Assembly (NCBI GenBank): GCA_001794905.1
Contig: MGLW01000015.1
Location: 1 to 40,788 of the forward strand
DNA from: Chlamydiae bacterium RIFCSPHIGHO2_12_FULL_49_11
GTDB taxonomy: Bacteria; Chlamydiota; Chlamydiia; Chlamydiales; 2-12-FULL-49-11
DNA length: 40,788 nt
Direction: 5' to 3'
Shown: piece by piece, positions 17,527 through 26,438 of the stretch
How positions within the stretch are numbered: the first letter of the stretch is position 1
Layout: each line of letters opens with the position of its first letter
Translations under genes and position numbers: made by a program
The notes under the pieces: generated by a model
What the model saw: the letters and a program-made list of their open reading frames with translations, nothing else
What the model was told of the DNA's origin: nothing
Databases searched by the model: none

Positions 17527-17975
17527 GGGGTTATGGTGCGCACTTTTTGTGCGGCGAGTTCGTTTTCGAGGTGTTCGAAACGGGCTTTCCATTCCTTACG
17601 TTCAAATTCAAGCTGGGAGATGGCTTTATGCAAGGCAATATTTGATTCTTCGAGTTTGAGAAGACCCTCTTCGATTTTGGTTTGCATCTTGCACAATTCG
17701 GCATGTCTTTCGGTGATTTTTACAAGAGTGTCGCGCAGCTCTCCCACTTCTTTTTTCTGGATTTGTTCCAGGCTGCTTTTGATCCCTTCCAGCCGGTGTT
17801 CAAGGTGGTCGAGGCTGAAATTGATCGACAACGTATCGTTCTTCACTTTGGCGATGTCGGTTTCGATTTCGGATTGAAATTGCTGTTGCTGCAGCGTAAT
17901 ATCGCCCGATTCTCTAGGACCGGGAGTGCACGAGAAGGCAACAAGGGCAATGCAAATACAACTAGTTTTCTTCAT
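17523..17975 (-). CDS. Coiled-coil lipoprotein downstream of pal (possible CpoB/YbgF-like role)
   Basis: Lipobox MKKTSCICIALVAFS/C. The remainder is heptad-rich helix (QQQFQSEIETDIAKVKND...LEHLENELAAQ). Overlaps the pal 3' end by 14 nt. Confidence 0.65.
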   Translation of the reverse strand: MKKTSCICIALVAFSCTPGPRESGDITLQQQQFQSEIETDIAKVKNDTLSINFSLDHLEHRLEGIKSSLEQIQKKEVGELRDTLVKITERHAELCKMQTKIEEGLLKLEESNIALHKAISQLEFERKEWKARFEHLENELAAQKVRTITP

Positions 17976-18645
17976 ATAACTTGAAAGTCACACGACGGTT
18001 TTTGGCCCAAGAATTTTCATTATGCCCGTTTGCTTCCGGCCGTTCCTTTCCGTAAGAAATCGTGTAGATCTGTTTGGAGGGAATCCCTTCTTTGATGAGC
18101 AGGGTACGTACATGATTGGCCCTTCGTGTGCCGAGCGCCAAATTGTACGCTTCGCTGGCCCTCTCGTCACAGTGCCCTTCAATAAATAGGGAAGTTTTCG
18201 AGTGTTTTTTCAAAAATGCGGCGATCCGGTGCACAGTGAGGTAATTTTCTTTAAGTTTGGGGACATATTTGTCGGTTTCGAAGTAGATCTTTTTGAATAT
18301 GGTGAGCTGATCCCGGGTAGGATTGTGAAAGCTGGCAATAGAGGGAACGGGCGAATTTTTAGATCCGGGAACGTGTCTCGATTGGGGCGCGTTGAAGTCG
18401 GTGTAGAACGACTGGGCGTCTTCTTCTTCGAGAACAATGACGTCGCTATTGATTTCCCCGAAAAATTCCTCTTTCGATTTTACTTGCCGCAATTCTCCTT
18501 CCGCGCTCCCTTTAACAGGAGTTTTGGAGAGGGTCTGCCCTGTTCCTGTGCGGATTGAATCGAACCAGCCCGCCACCATTGTAACGCAGCTTGTAAGGCC
18601 GAGCATCGATGCCAAAATCAAGAGCTGTAAAAACCATTTTCTCAT
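17962..18645 (-). CDS. pal: Peptidoglycan-associated lipoprotein Pal (OmpA C-terminal-like domain)
   Basis: Lipobox LASMLGLTS/C. OmpA-C motif LFIEGHCDERASEAYNLALGTRRANHVRTLL...ISYGKERP. Start taken at MRKW (18645); the track starts at 18663. Confidence 0.88.
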   Translation of the reverse strand: MRKWFLQLLILASMLGLTSCVTMVAGWFDSIRTGTGQTLSKTPVKGSAEGELRQVKSKEEFFGEINSDVIVLEEEDAQSFYTDFNAPQSRHVPGSKNSPVPSIASFHNPTRDQLTIFKKIYFETDKYVPKLKENYLTVHRIAAFLKKHSKTSLFIEGHCDERASEAYNLALGTRRANHVRTLLIKEGIPSKQIYTISYGKERPEANGHNENSWAKNRRVTFKLYEEN

Positions 18646-18705
18646 GATAAAAATGTATACCACGATTAGAAATATTTTCTCAATGGTGTTTTTTTAGGAC
18701 TGATA

Positions 18706-20046
18706 TTACTGCTGCATGCTGGGGTAATGGCACTTTCCCGAGTTTTGGGTAAGTCGAACCGGTTCTTTCCGTACGATGTCGGTGAGAAAGATGTCGTAAG
18801 TGGGAGATGTGGAGTTATATACAATATGCATGTTATCGCTCGCCCATTTGGGATTTTCCTTGTTTCCAAGGCCAAAAGTGACCTGAAGTTCTTCCTTAGT
18901 CCTAAAGTCATACACGAAAATTTGGCGCATGCCGCTCACCTTTGCACTGTAGGCAAGCTTTGTTCCGTCGGGAGAAAAATGGGGCGCCGTATTTTCGGTA
19001 TGGGTACGGGTGAGCACTTGAGGCGTCTGCCTTTTGCGGCTTGACAAGGCAAGTTCTGCGTCGATGAGGCAAATCCGCAGCGTTCCGAACTGGTCGGTGA
19101 CGAAAGCGACTTTAGTGGCATCGGGAGAAAGCGTCGGAGAAGCGATGGTCGCTTTCGGGAACGAATATGCCTGTACTGCCTTGTCCGTGGGGCCATTCGG
19201 GCCGAGCCGCTGCAGGTAGAGGTCGGAGCGGCCGAGGGCGTCCGAAATAAAAGCGATCACACCATGGTCGCGGGACATTTCGGGGAGGAGCTGGTTTCCT
19301 TGCAAGGCGATGAGTTCCGATCCTCGCCCTTCTTTTTTTGAGGCGATATAGATGCGAGGCTGTCCTTGTTTGTAACACACATAGAGAAAATGGTAATTGG
19401 GACTATTCTTTTTGTCGTAAATCAACGAGGGGGTGATCGAATAGCTGTTTTCAAACGTGACCTGCTCCTGATTTTGTCCGTCGTAGTCCATTTGCCAAAT
19501 TTCACTTTTCCATTTATCTTCGCTCAATTTCGGATCTTCGATCTGTCGTGCGAACAGAATCTTTTTTGCGACGATGCACTGTTTCTTCAACACTTCTTGA
19601 AAGAGCCGGTCCACCAGGTTGTTCATCTGTGCACATTGCATGCCCCGGCTTACGGCAATGCCGTGCTGCTGCAGGGCGGCCGTTCTTGCCGTATATACAT
19701 CGAGCACATGTAGTGTGACTCCATTTTGCTCGAGAACGGGAACGATGACAAAGTCGACGCCGAGCTTTTGCCACATCGTAGCATCGAATCCTTTGCTTTG
19801 CAAAGCGGAAAAGGCGAGGAATTGTTTGTTCTCCTCCACTTCAAGAAGGGTGATTTCGAAAGAGGTGTTACAGCCCTGCCGTAAAACCGTATCAAGGTTT
19901 CGCGCTATTTCGGATTCGTACGGGCGCATTTTTGCGAGATAGACGGTTGGGCATTCTCTTCTTGCACTTGAAGCAACATGAATCGTCATTTCCCTTTCGG
20001 AAAAGAGGGACGCAAACATAAAAAGGACGAAACTAAATTTTCTCAC
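18706..20046 (-). CDS. tolB: Tol-Pal system beta-propeller protein TolB
   Basis: Signal peptide, then repeated propeller blades with the (S/W)PDG signature (TLSPDATKVAF, HFSPDGTKLAY, PKWASDNMHIVY). Gene order is tolA-tolB-pal. Confidence 0.88.
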   Translation of the reverse strand: MRKFSFVLFMFASLFSEREMTIHVASSARRECPTVYLAKMRPYESEIARNLDTVLRQGCNTSFEITLLEVEENKQFLAFSALQSKGFDATMWQKLGVDFVIVPVLEQNGVTLHVLDVYTARTAALQQHGIAVSRGMQCAQMNNLVDRLFQEVLKKQCIVAKKILFARQIEDPKLSEDKWKSEIWQMDYDGQNQEQVTFENSYSITPSLIYDKKNSPNYHFLYVCYKQGQPRIYIASKKEGRGSELIALQGNQLLPEMSRDHGVIAFISDALGRSDLYLQRLGPNGPTDKAVQAYSFPKATIASPTLSPDATKVAFVTDQFGTLRICLIDAELALSSRKRQTPQVLTRTHTENTAPHFSPDGTKLAYSAKVSGMRQIFVYDFRTKEELQVTFGLGNKENPKWASDNMHIVYNSTSPTYDIFLTDIVRKEPVRLTQNSGKCHYPSMQQ

Positions 20047-20584
20047 TTTCCCCCACGAACGTGATGACCACTGTTTCTTCTTTTTCCGCTTGCCAGCCGT
20101 CGATCTGCATCAGAGGCAAGCAGGCGAGCAAGTAATCGACGTTCTGTTTGCTTTCAAAACTGACTATTTCGACTGTACCAATCATGCCATTTTTTTGTAC
20201 AGATATCTTTAATATGACTTTACCTTGCTCGGGAAAACGGAGAATATTGCTGAAAAAACCTTGGACAAGACGCATTTTTTCCTCCGGCGGCATCGCAGGT
20301 TGAGGCGGCGTAATATAAGGTTGGACCGCAACCTTAGCCTTTTTCTTGGGCGCAGGGGGGCGTGTTCTGGGAGCGGGCGTTTTCTTGACGGCAGCCATTT
20401 TTTTCGGATGGGGGGTATGATGCACGGCCTCTTCCGGAGGGGGAGCGGAAACTTCTTCTTCGATCAGGGTAAAGGTGATTTCGGGAATGACTTCGACAGC
20501 GGGAGGCAGCTCTTTATGGGAAAAGGCGACAATGAGGACAAGACAGTGGAGGGCAATATTGATACAAAGAGGGGCTGCTTTCAT
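20033..20584 (-). CDS. tolA: TolA/TonB-like energy-transducing protein
   Basis: N-terminal TM anchor, Pro/Lys-rich spacer (PAPRTRPPAPKKKAKV...PPQPAMPPEE), C-terminal TonB_C-like domain (GKVILKISVQKNGMIGTVEIV). ATGA overlap with the tolR stop. Confidence 0.7.
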   Translation of the reverse strand: MKAAPLCINIALHCLVLIVAFSHKELPPAVEVIPEITFTLIEEEVSAPPPEEAVHHTPHPKKMAAVKKTPAPRTRPPAPKKKAKVAVQPYITPPQPAMPPEEKMRLVQGFFSNILRFPEQGKVILKISVQKNGMIGTVEIVSFESKQNVDYLLACLPLMQIDGWQAEKEETVVITFVGESEKI

Positions 20585-20988
20585 CCTTGGTGCAACACGA
20601 CTTCAATTTTTTTCACTCCGAGCAAAGTGAGTGTATCTTTGACTTGCTGGAAAGTGGAAAAATAGCTGTGTTTATCCGGGATCACCTGCACGGGAGTGTC
20701 ACTTTCCACCATTTGCATCAGCGTTTTGAGAAGGGCTTGGAGTGCAACCGGATTTCCGTTCAGTTTGACCGTCTGGTCTTCCATGATGGCAATCCGCACC
20801 GGTGCGCTCGGAGAAGGAGCCTTGCCGCTCTTGCACACAGTGCGCGAGAGGTGCACTTCCTCGGTTTTGATGAGAGGGGAAACGATGATGAACAGTACGA
20901 GAACAACAAAGATGACGTCGAGTAGAGGCGTGAGGTTCACAAGGTCGCTCTCTTCTCCGATCCCGAATGGTGCGCGCCTTCTTCTCAT
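20581..20988 (-). CDS. tolR: TolR/ExbD-family protein
   Basis: LTPLLDVIFVLLVLFII TM motif typical of ExbD/TolR. 135 aa. Abuts the tolQ stop. Confidence 0.85.
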   Translation of the reverse strand: MRRRRAPFGIGEESDLVNLTPLLDVIFVVLVLFIIVSPLIKTEEVHLSRTVCKSGKAPSPSAPVRIAIMEDQTVKLNGNPVALQALLKTLMQMVESDTPVQVIPDKHSYFSTFQQVKDTLTLLGVKKIEVVLHQG

Positions 20989-21687
20989 CTATAGCACCCT
21001 GCGAAACTGGATTTCAATTGTCTCGATCATCTCAAATCCGAAATCGGAAAGGGAGGCGGCAAAATTATGGATGCGGACTTTGGCGATGTTGTGAAAAATG
21101 AGGGCGGGGATGGCGATCACCAGCCCCAGAACGGTGGTGGCAAGGGCCGTCGTCAATCCGCTCAGAACATTTTGATTGCCGATGAGCGAGCCGGCCTCGC
21201 CTAGGCTGGTCAAGCTGATCAAGATGCCCCATACGGTACCGAGAATTCCCAAAAAAGGGGCTAGTGTCACGATAGTTGAGAGCACCACCAGTTCTTTCTG
21301 GAGGATTTTGACTTCATTTTCGATGAGCGAAAGGGTGGAATCGTTCAGCATATCGATATCATCCTTGACGAGGAAAGTGGCATTTCCATTTTCGGACGGT
21401 TGAAAATAGTGGTTTTTTTCCAGGAGCCGGACCGCTTTCGTACGTATATTATGGTACACGGTGCTGAAACTCATCCCGCCGGAGACCGTCTCTCCGCTCA
21501 GGATATTGCCGAGATCCCGGACCGTTTGTACAAACCGTCTTTTGTGTCCTTCGAGGGTGCGGAGCTGGACCAATTTTTGCACAAAGATATACCACGTGAG
21601 GATCGAAAGGAAAAAAAGCGCGATAAAAATGCATTTTCCGAAGAAATCGGAAGACTGGTAAGCTGATAATAAAATATTGGACGACAT
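20989..21687 (-). CDS. tolQ: TolQ/ExbB-family proton channel protein
   Basis: Three TM segments, MotA/TolQ/ExbB motif LAPFLGILGTVWGI...L..TA.GL.IAIPA. Start taken at MSSNILL (21687). The longer track ORF (to 21786) would overlap the tatD start. Confidence 0.85.
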   Translation of the reverse strand: MSSNILLSAYQSSDFFGKCIFIALFFLSILTWYIFVQKLVQLRTLEGHKRRFVQTVRDLGNILSGETVSGGMSFSTVYHNIRTKAVRLLEKNHYFQPSENGNATFLVKDDIDMLNDSTLSLIENEVKILQKELVVLSTIVTLAPFLGILGTVWGILISLTSLGEAGSLIGNQNVLSGLTTALATTVLGLVIAIPALIFHNIAKVRIHNFAASLSDFGFEMIETIEIQFRRVL

Positions 21688-21713
21688 GTCCCCATCATAA
21701 AAAGAACTTTGAA

Positions 21714-22502
21714 ATGACGCAATTGGATTCTGAGCTTTTCGATTCTCATGCCCATCTTTCGGACGATTCCCTCTTTTCCGATGCACAAGGGGTCCTCCTT
21801 CGTGCGAGAGAGGCCGGCATCTCCAAAATCGTCAACGTATGCACCGATGGCCGGAGTTTGCAGCGAGGGCAAGAAATCCGGAAATTCCAACCCGATCTTG
21901 TTTTTAACGCTGCCGCAGTGCCGCCGCATTACTGCCATGAATCGTCTGAAGAAGATTTGAAAGGGATAGAATCGGCGATCCTCGCGAAGGAAGTAGTGGC
22001 AATCGGGGAGACGGGGCTGGATTATTACTACGGCAAAGAGCACCGCACAAAACAAATCAAACTTTTGGAAAGATATCTCGCACTTGCCGCTATGACGCAT
22101 CTGCCCGTTTTTTTTCATGTGCGCGGAGAAGGGGCCTTTTCGGAACTTTTTTCGCTCGTGCGGTACGCCCCGGTGAAGATGCTCATCCACTGCTTTACGG
22201 GAACCACCCTTGAGGCAAAACAGGCGCTCGATCTCGGCATAGACCTTTCTTTCAGCGGCATCGTCACCTTTAAAAAGTCGGAAGAACTGAGGTGTGTCGT
22301 AAAAATGGCCCCTCTTGACCGGATCCATGTCGAAACCGACTCCCCCTACCTTGCGCCGCAGACCAAGAGAGGAAAAACCAATGAGCCCTCATTTCTTCCC
22401 GAAATTCTCCGTACTATCGCAAGTCAAAAAGAGATCACTCCCCAAGAGTGTGCAAAAAAAACCTTTGAAAACAGTTGTAGGTTTTTTTCCATCTGTGATT
22501 AG
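21714..22502 (+). CDS. tatD: TatD-family metal-dependent hydrolase/DNase
   Basis: FDSHAHL N-terminal metal motif, GETGLDYYY, HCFTG, ETDSPYLAP. 262 aa. Confidence 0.9.
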   Translation: MTQLDSELFDSHAHLSDDSLFSDAQGVLLRAREAGISKIVNVCTDGRSLQRGQEIRKFQPDLVFNAAAVPPHYCHESSEEDLKGIESAILAKEVVAIGETGLDYYYGKEHRTKQIKLLERYLALAAMTHLPVFFHVRGEGAFSELFSLVRYAPVKMLIHCFTGTTLEAKQALDLGIDLSFSGIVTFKKSEELRCVVKMAPLDRIHVETDSPYLAPQTKRGKTNEPSFLPEILRTIASQKEITPQECAKKTFENSCRFFSICD

Positions 22503-22511
22503 ATATCAACT

Positions 22512-23375
22512 ATGAGTGGTTCCGTTGCTATTTCAAAAGTTCCTTCTGCGTTTATTTGGCGACGGCTCCATTCCCTCATGGGGTTTTCGTTTTTACTTTT
22601 TTTGATCGAACATTTGTTCACAAATTCCCAGGCAGCCCTCTTTTTCGGAGGCGGGGGCACGTGGTTTGTGAGTAGTGTCAATTTTTTGCGTGATCTTCCA
22701 TACCTGCATGTGATCGAAGTGGCGCTTCTCGGAATTCCGATCGCCTACCACGGTGTTTTAGGACTTTTATACACATTCGGAGGAACGTACAACAACCTCT
22801 CTTTTTCCCGCATTCATCCGGCACTCTCTACGACCCGCAACTGGGCCTATTCTTTCCAGCGATGGACGGCGTGGATCCTTTTTGTCGGAATTGTACTCCA
22901 CGTGGTTCAGATGCGCTTTCTCGACTATCCGTACAAATATATCGAAGGATCGAAGGCATACTACTATTGCAAACTCAAAACTGATCCCGAATTGGAAAAG
23001 ACGGCAGCACAGCTGGGCGTGACACTTTATAACGACCATGAAATCAGGCGGGCTCCTGCCTCGCTTTTTGCCGGCCTGCACAGCAGGACGCTCGATAAGG
23101 GAGAAGTAATGGCGCGATCGCCCTCTTTCGGAGCGATCGAACTCTTGAACGTACGACAGGCATTCCAGAGTGTGGTCATGGCAATTTTGTATACCGTTTT
23201 CGTGCTTGCCGCCGTGTTTCACGGGTTTAACGGACTCTGGACATTTTTGATCACATGGGGGCTCATCCTCTCCAGGAAGGCGCAAAGCCAATCTGTCTAT
23301 GTGTGTTACGGTTTCCTATTTCTTCTTCTTTTTTTGGGCCTCATGTCGATTTGGGGCACTTTTATCTTAAGTTAG
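22512..23375 (+). CDS. sdhC: Succinate dehydrogenase/fumarate reductase cytochrome b subunit (single large membrane anchor, type B)
   Basis: Five hydrophobic helices with conserved His residues (HSLMG, HGVLG, HVVQM, FHGFNG). Immediately precedes sdhA and sdhB. Confidence 0.8.
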   Translation: MSGSVAISKVPSAFIWRRLHSLMGFSFLLFLIEHLFTNSQAALFFGGGGTWFVSSVNFLRDLPYLHVIEVALLGIPIAYHGVLGLLYTFGGTYNNLSFSRIHPALSTTRNWAYSFQRWTAWILFVGIVLHVVQMRFLDYPYKYIEGSKAYYYCKLKTDPELEKTAAQLGVTLYNDHEIRRAPASLFAGLHSRTLDKGEVMARSPSFGAIELLNVRQAFQSVVMAILYTVFVLAAVFHGFNGLWTFLITWGLILSRKAQSQSVYVCYGFLFLLLFLGLMSIWGTFILS

Positions 23376-23378
23376 GCG

Positions 23379-25283
23379 ATGCAAAAAGAAACGCGAGTCG
23401 TTGTTGTGGGTGGCGGACTTGCCGGACTATCGGCAGTGATCCGGCTTTGTGAGCTGGGTGCTCACGTGACTCTTGTTTCCGTGACGAAAGTCAAACGTTC
23501 CCATTCGGTCTGTGCGCAGGGAGGAATCAATGTTGCCGTCAATCTGAAAGGGGAAAATGACCATCCGCACATTCACACCTATGACACGATCAAAGGGGGC
23601 GATTTTCTTGCCGACCAGCCGCCCGTCCTCGAAATGTGCCACAACGGTCCCCACCTCATTCGCATGATGGATCGGATGGGAGTTCCGTTCAATCGCACTT
23701 CTGACGGAAAAATCGATTTCCGCCGTTTCGGCGGCACCCTCTATAACCGCACGGCGTTTGCCGGAGCTTCAACAGGGCAACAGCTACTGTATGCTCTCGA
23801 TGAACAGGTGCGACGTTTTGAGGTTCAGGGAAAAGTGGTGAAACTCGAGCACCATGAATTTTTACGCGCCGTAATGGATGAAAACGGCACCTGTAGGGGC
23901 GCCGTATTTTACGATCTTTTCGACATGAAAATATTTTCTCTGCGGGCAGATAGCGTTGTAATGGCTACCGGCGGCAACGGCGTCATTTTCAAATATTCCA
24001 CCAATTCCACCATTTGTACCGGAGCGGCAAACGGCCGTCTCTACCGGCAAGGAGTCAAGATCGGCAATCCCGAATTTATCCAGGTGCATCCGACGGCGAT
24101 TCCGGGAAAAGACAAACTCAGGCTTATGTCCGAATCCGCGCGGGGAGAGGGAGGGAGGATATGGGTGTACGGCGACAGCTCCAAGACGATGAACGCTCCT
24201 GACGGGCGTACAATCCGCTGCGGAGAAACGGGAAAGCCGTGGTATTTCCTCGAAGAGTTGTACCCGGCTTTCGGCAACCTCGTGCCGCGAGATGTGGCTT
24301 CCCGCGCCATTATTTCGGTTGTGGATGCAGGCCTTGGCATTGACGGAAAAAAACAGGTGTTTCTCGATCTTACCCGGCTTGACACGCATACCCACCACAA
24401 ACTCGAAGCGATCCTCGACATCTATGAAAAATTCACGGGGGATAATCCGCGCCTTGTGCCGATGCGGATCTTTCCTGCCGTCCATTATACGATGGGGGGC
24501 TTGTGGGTCGATTGGCCGGCCACCGGTGATCCCGACAGATTTACCCGTTTTCGTCACATGACAAACGTGTCCGGCCTTTTTGCATGCGGCGAGTGTGACT
24601 ACCAGTACCATGGTGCAAACCGTCTTGGGGCCAATTCGCTCCTTTCGTGCATTTTTAGCGGATTTGTCACCGGCAATGAGGTCATGTGGTATACGCGCGC
24701 CTCAGAAACCGGTCCTCTTACCGATGCCCTTTTTAAAAACAGTGAAGTGAAAGAAGAAGCGTTCAAACAAGAATTGCTCGGCCGGAAAGGCAAGGAAAAC
24801 GTCCATATACTCCACGAAGAGCTTGCGGGCATCATGGTGTCGCATGGCACCGTGGTACGCTCCAACAAGGGGCTTTCCCATGCCATTGAAGGCGTGCTCG
24901 AGATCCGGGAACGTTTCAAGCACATCGAGCTGGGAGATAAAGGAAACCATCTCAATCAAACTCTCCAGTTTGCCAATCAGTTTGAATACATGATCGACAT
25001 TGCGCTGACCATTTTGCAGGGTGCGCTTTGCAGAGACGAATTTCGCGGCGCCCATTACAAACCGGAATTCCCGAAGAGGGATGACGAGAGGTGGCTCAAA
25101 AAAACCATCGCGACCTATGATCCCGAAACCCGACTTCCGAAGATAACGTATGAACCTGTTGACGTGCGGCATCTCAAACCTGTAGAAAGAGATTATACCA
25201 AAGCAACGAAGATCACGCCGGAATTGACAAATCTGCCGGCCAAAATTCCCCTTGTGACGGAGCTCGATTATGGCAGAAGTTAA
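23379..25283 (+). CDS. sdhA: Succinate dehydrogenase flavoprotein subunit
   Basis: FAD dinucleotide fold VVVVGGGLAGLSA, covalent-FAD His region RSHSVCAQGGIN, HPT and RGEGG motifs, C-terminal ESCG-equivalent region. Confidence 0.95.
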   Translation: MQKETRVVVVGGGLAGLSAVIRLCELGAHVTLVSVTKVKRSHSVCAQGGINVAVNLKGENDHPHIHTYDTIKGGDFLADQPPVLEMCHNGPHLIRMMDRMGVPFNRTSDGKIDFRRFGGTLYNRTAFAGASTGQQLLYALDEQVRRFEVQGKVVKLEHHEFLRAVMDENGTCRGAVFYDLFDMKIFSLRADSVVMATGGNGVIFKYSTNSTICTGAANGRLYRQGVKIGNPEFIQVHPTAIPGKDKLRLMSESARGEGGRIWVYGDSSKTMNAPDGRTIRCGETGKPWYFLEELYPAFGNLVPRDVASRAIISVVDAGLGIDGKKQVFLDLTRLDTHTHHKLEAILDIYEKFTGDNPRLVPMRIFPAVHYTMGGLWVDWPATGDPDRFTRFRHMTNVSGLFACGECDYQYHGANRLGANSLLSCIFSGFVTGNEVMWYTRASETGPLTDALFKNSEVKEEAFKQELLGRKGKENVHILHEELAGIMVSHGTVVRSNKGLSHAIEGVLEIRERFKHIELGDKGNHLNQTLQFANQFEYMIDIALTILQGALCRDEFRGAHYKPEFPKRDDERWLKKTIATYDPETRLPKITYEPVDVRHLKPVERDYTKATKITPELTNLPAKIPLVTELDYGRS

Positions 25284-26034
25284 ATTCACCCTCAAAATTT
25301 GGCGCGGTACGCCCCGGCATCAATATTTTGAGGAATTTGAAATCGTTCTCATACATGGAATGAATATCGTCTCTGTCCTCATGGAAATTCAAAAGAATCC
25401 GGTAAGCAAAGAGGGAAAACGAACCACTCCCGTCGTGTGGGAGATGGCTTGCCTGGAAGAAGTGTGCGGCTCATGTTCGATGCTGATCAACGGCCTCCCT
25501 CGCCAATCCTGTTCCACCCTTATTGAACCGCTTTTACATGAAACAGGCAAGGATGTCATTACGCTGGCTCCCTTTTCCAAGTTCCCTCTGGTGCGGGACC
25601 TTTATGTCAATCGTGACCGGATGTTCGAATCGCTCAAACGGGTTTCCGCATGGAATCCGATCGACACCACGTTCAGTCCCGAGTTCGGGCCCACAGTGTC
25701 GCCGAAAGAGCAAGATTCCATGTATACCGAGTCGACCTGCATGACATGTGGCTGCTGCCTGGAAGCATGTCCCCAGTTCTCCTCCTCTCGTCACTTCATC
25801 GGTGCCGCTGCCATTAGTCAAGTCAAGCTTTTCAACTCTCAGCCGATCGGCTCCCTTCTCAAGGGGGAGCGCCTCACGGCACTCATGGACAAGGGAGGCA
25901 TTTCCGAGTGTGGCAACGCACAAAACTGTGTTGCCGTTTGTCCCAAGCACATTCCTCTCACCGAATCGATCGCCGACATCGGCGGTGAGGCGTCCCGCCA
26001 CGCCTTCAAGCTGCTCTTTGGCCTTCCTAATTAA
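25270..26034 (+). CDS. sdhB: Succinate dehydrogenase iron-sulfur subunit
   Basis: 2Fe-2S cysteines (CLEEVCGSCSMLING...SC), 4Fe-4S CMTCGCCLEACP and 3Fe-4S CGNAQNCVAVCP. Confidence 0.93.
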   Translation: MAEVKFTLKIWRGTPRHQYFEEFEIVLIHGMNIVSVLMEIQKNPVSKEGKRTTPVVWEMACLEEVCGSCSMLINGLPRQSCSTLIEPLLHETGKDVITLAPFSKFPLVRDLYVNRDRMFESLKRVSAWNPIDTTFSPEFGPTVSPKEQDSMYTESTCMTCGCCLEACPQFSSSRHFIGAAAISQVKLFNSQPIGSLLKGERLTALMDKGGISECGNAQNCVAVCPKHIPLTESIADIGGEASRHAFKLLFGLPN

Positions 26035-26438
26035 GCGGCTAAGTCGTTTGCGATTTCGGAGAGGTTTTGGATGAAGTTGTGACGCAAGGTGTCGGCCTCG
26101 GCCCAATTATTGATGAGGGTGCGCATGATCACCTCGTTCTGATGCTTTTTTGCAAGGTCGGCCGCTTGGATGAGGGTTGTGTTATGAGGCGCCAGAGAGC
26201 TGAGTTGGAGAGGTTGTGTGACGATCCCTTTGACAATGTAAGCGTTATACCAAATATCGGATTCCTCATTTTCATCCAGGGCGGCAGTTGCAAAATGGTC
26301 GACCCGCCACACAGTCTCACTGAAGTGTTCCAAGTCCTGTTTCGTAATTTCTTGAGACCCTTTGGCTTTGTCGGTAAGTAGATGCACTTCTTTGATGAAG
26401 GCCAAAAGTTCTCTCTTCAATTCATATGCCGAGTTCAT
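26031..26438 (-). CDS. Hypothetical protein (135 aa), translationally coupled to the upstream SpoU-type methyltransferase
   Basis: The ATG at 26438 overlaps the methyltransferase stop in an ATGA unit. Helical, acidic, no recognised motifs. The stop overlaps the sdhB stop on the opposite strand (TTAA). Confidence 0.55.
   Translation of the reverse strand: MNSAYELKRELLAFIKEVHLLTDKAKGSQEITKQDLEHFSETVWRVDHFATAALDENEESDIWYNAYIVKGIVTQPLQLSSLAPHNTTLIQAADLAKKHQNEVIMRTLINNWAEADTLRHNFIQNLSEIANDLAA

Noticed and set aside
21498-22328. 276-aa ORF on the minus strand spanning the tolQ 5' end and most of tatD
   Set aside because: It is antisense to a well-supported TatD CDS with all family motifs. It also overlaps tolQ in another frame. 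The sequence is low-complexity and Arg/Phe/Lys-rich, with no motifs. A typical shadow ORF.
23862-26106. Long minus-strand ORFs (23862-24611, 24702-25295, 25534-26106) opposite sdhA and sdhB
   Set aside because: They are mirror-frame ORFs opposite highly conserved Sdh subunits. They have Arg/Gly/Pro-rich compositions and no start context or motifs.
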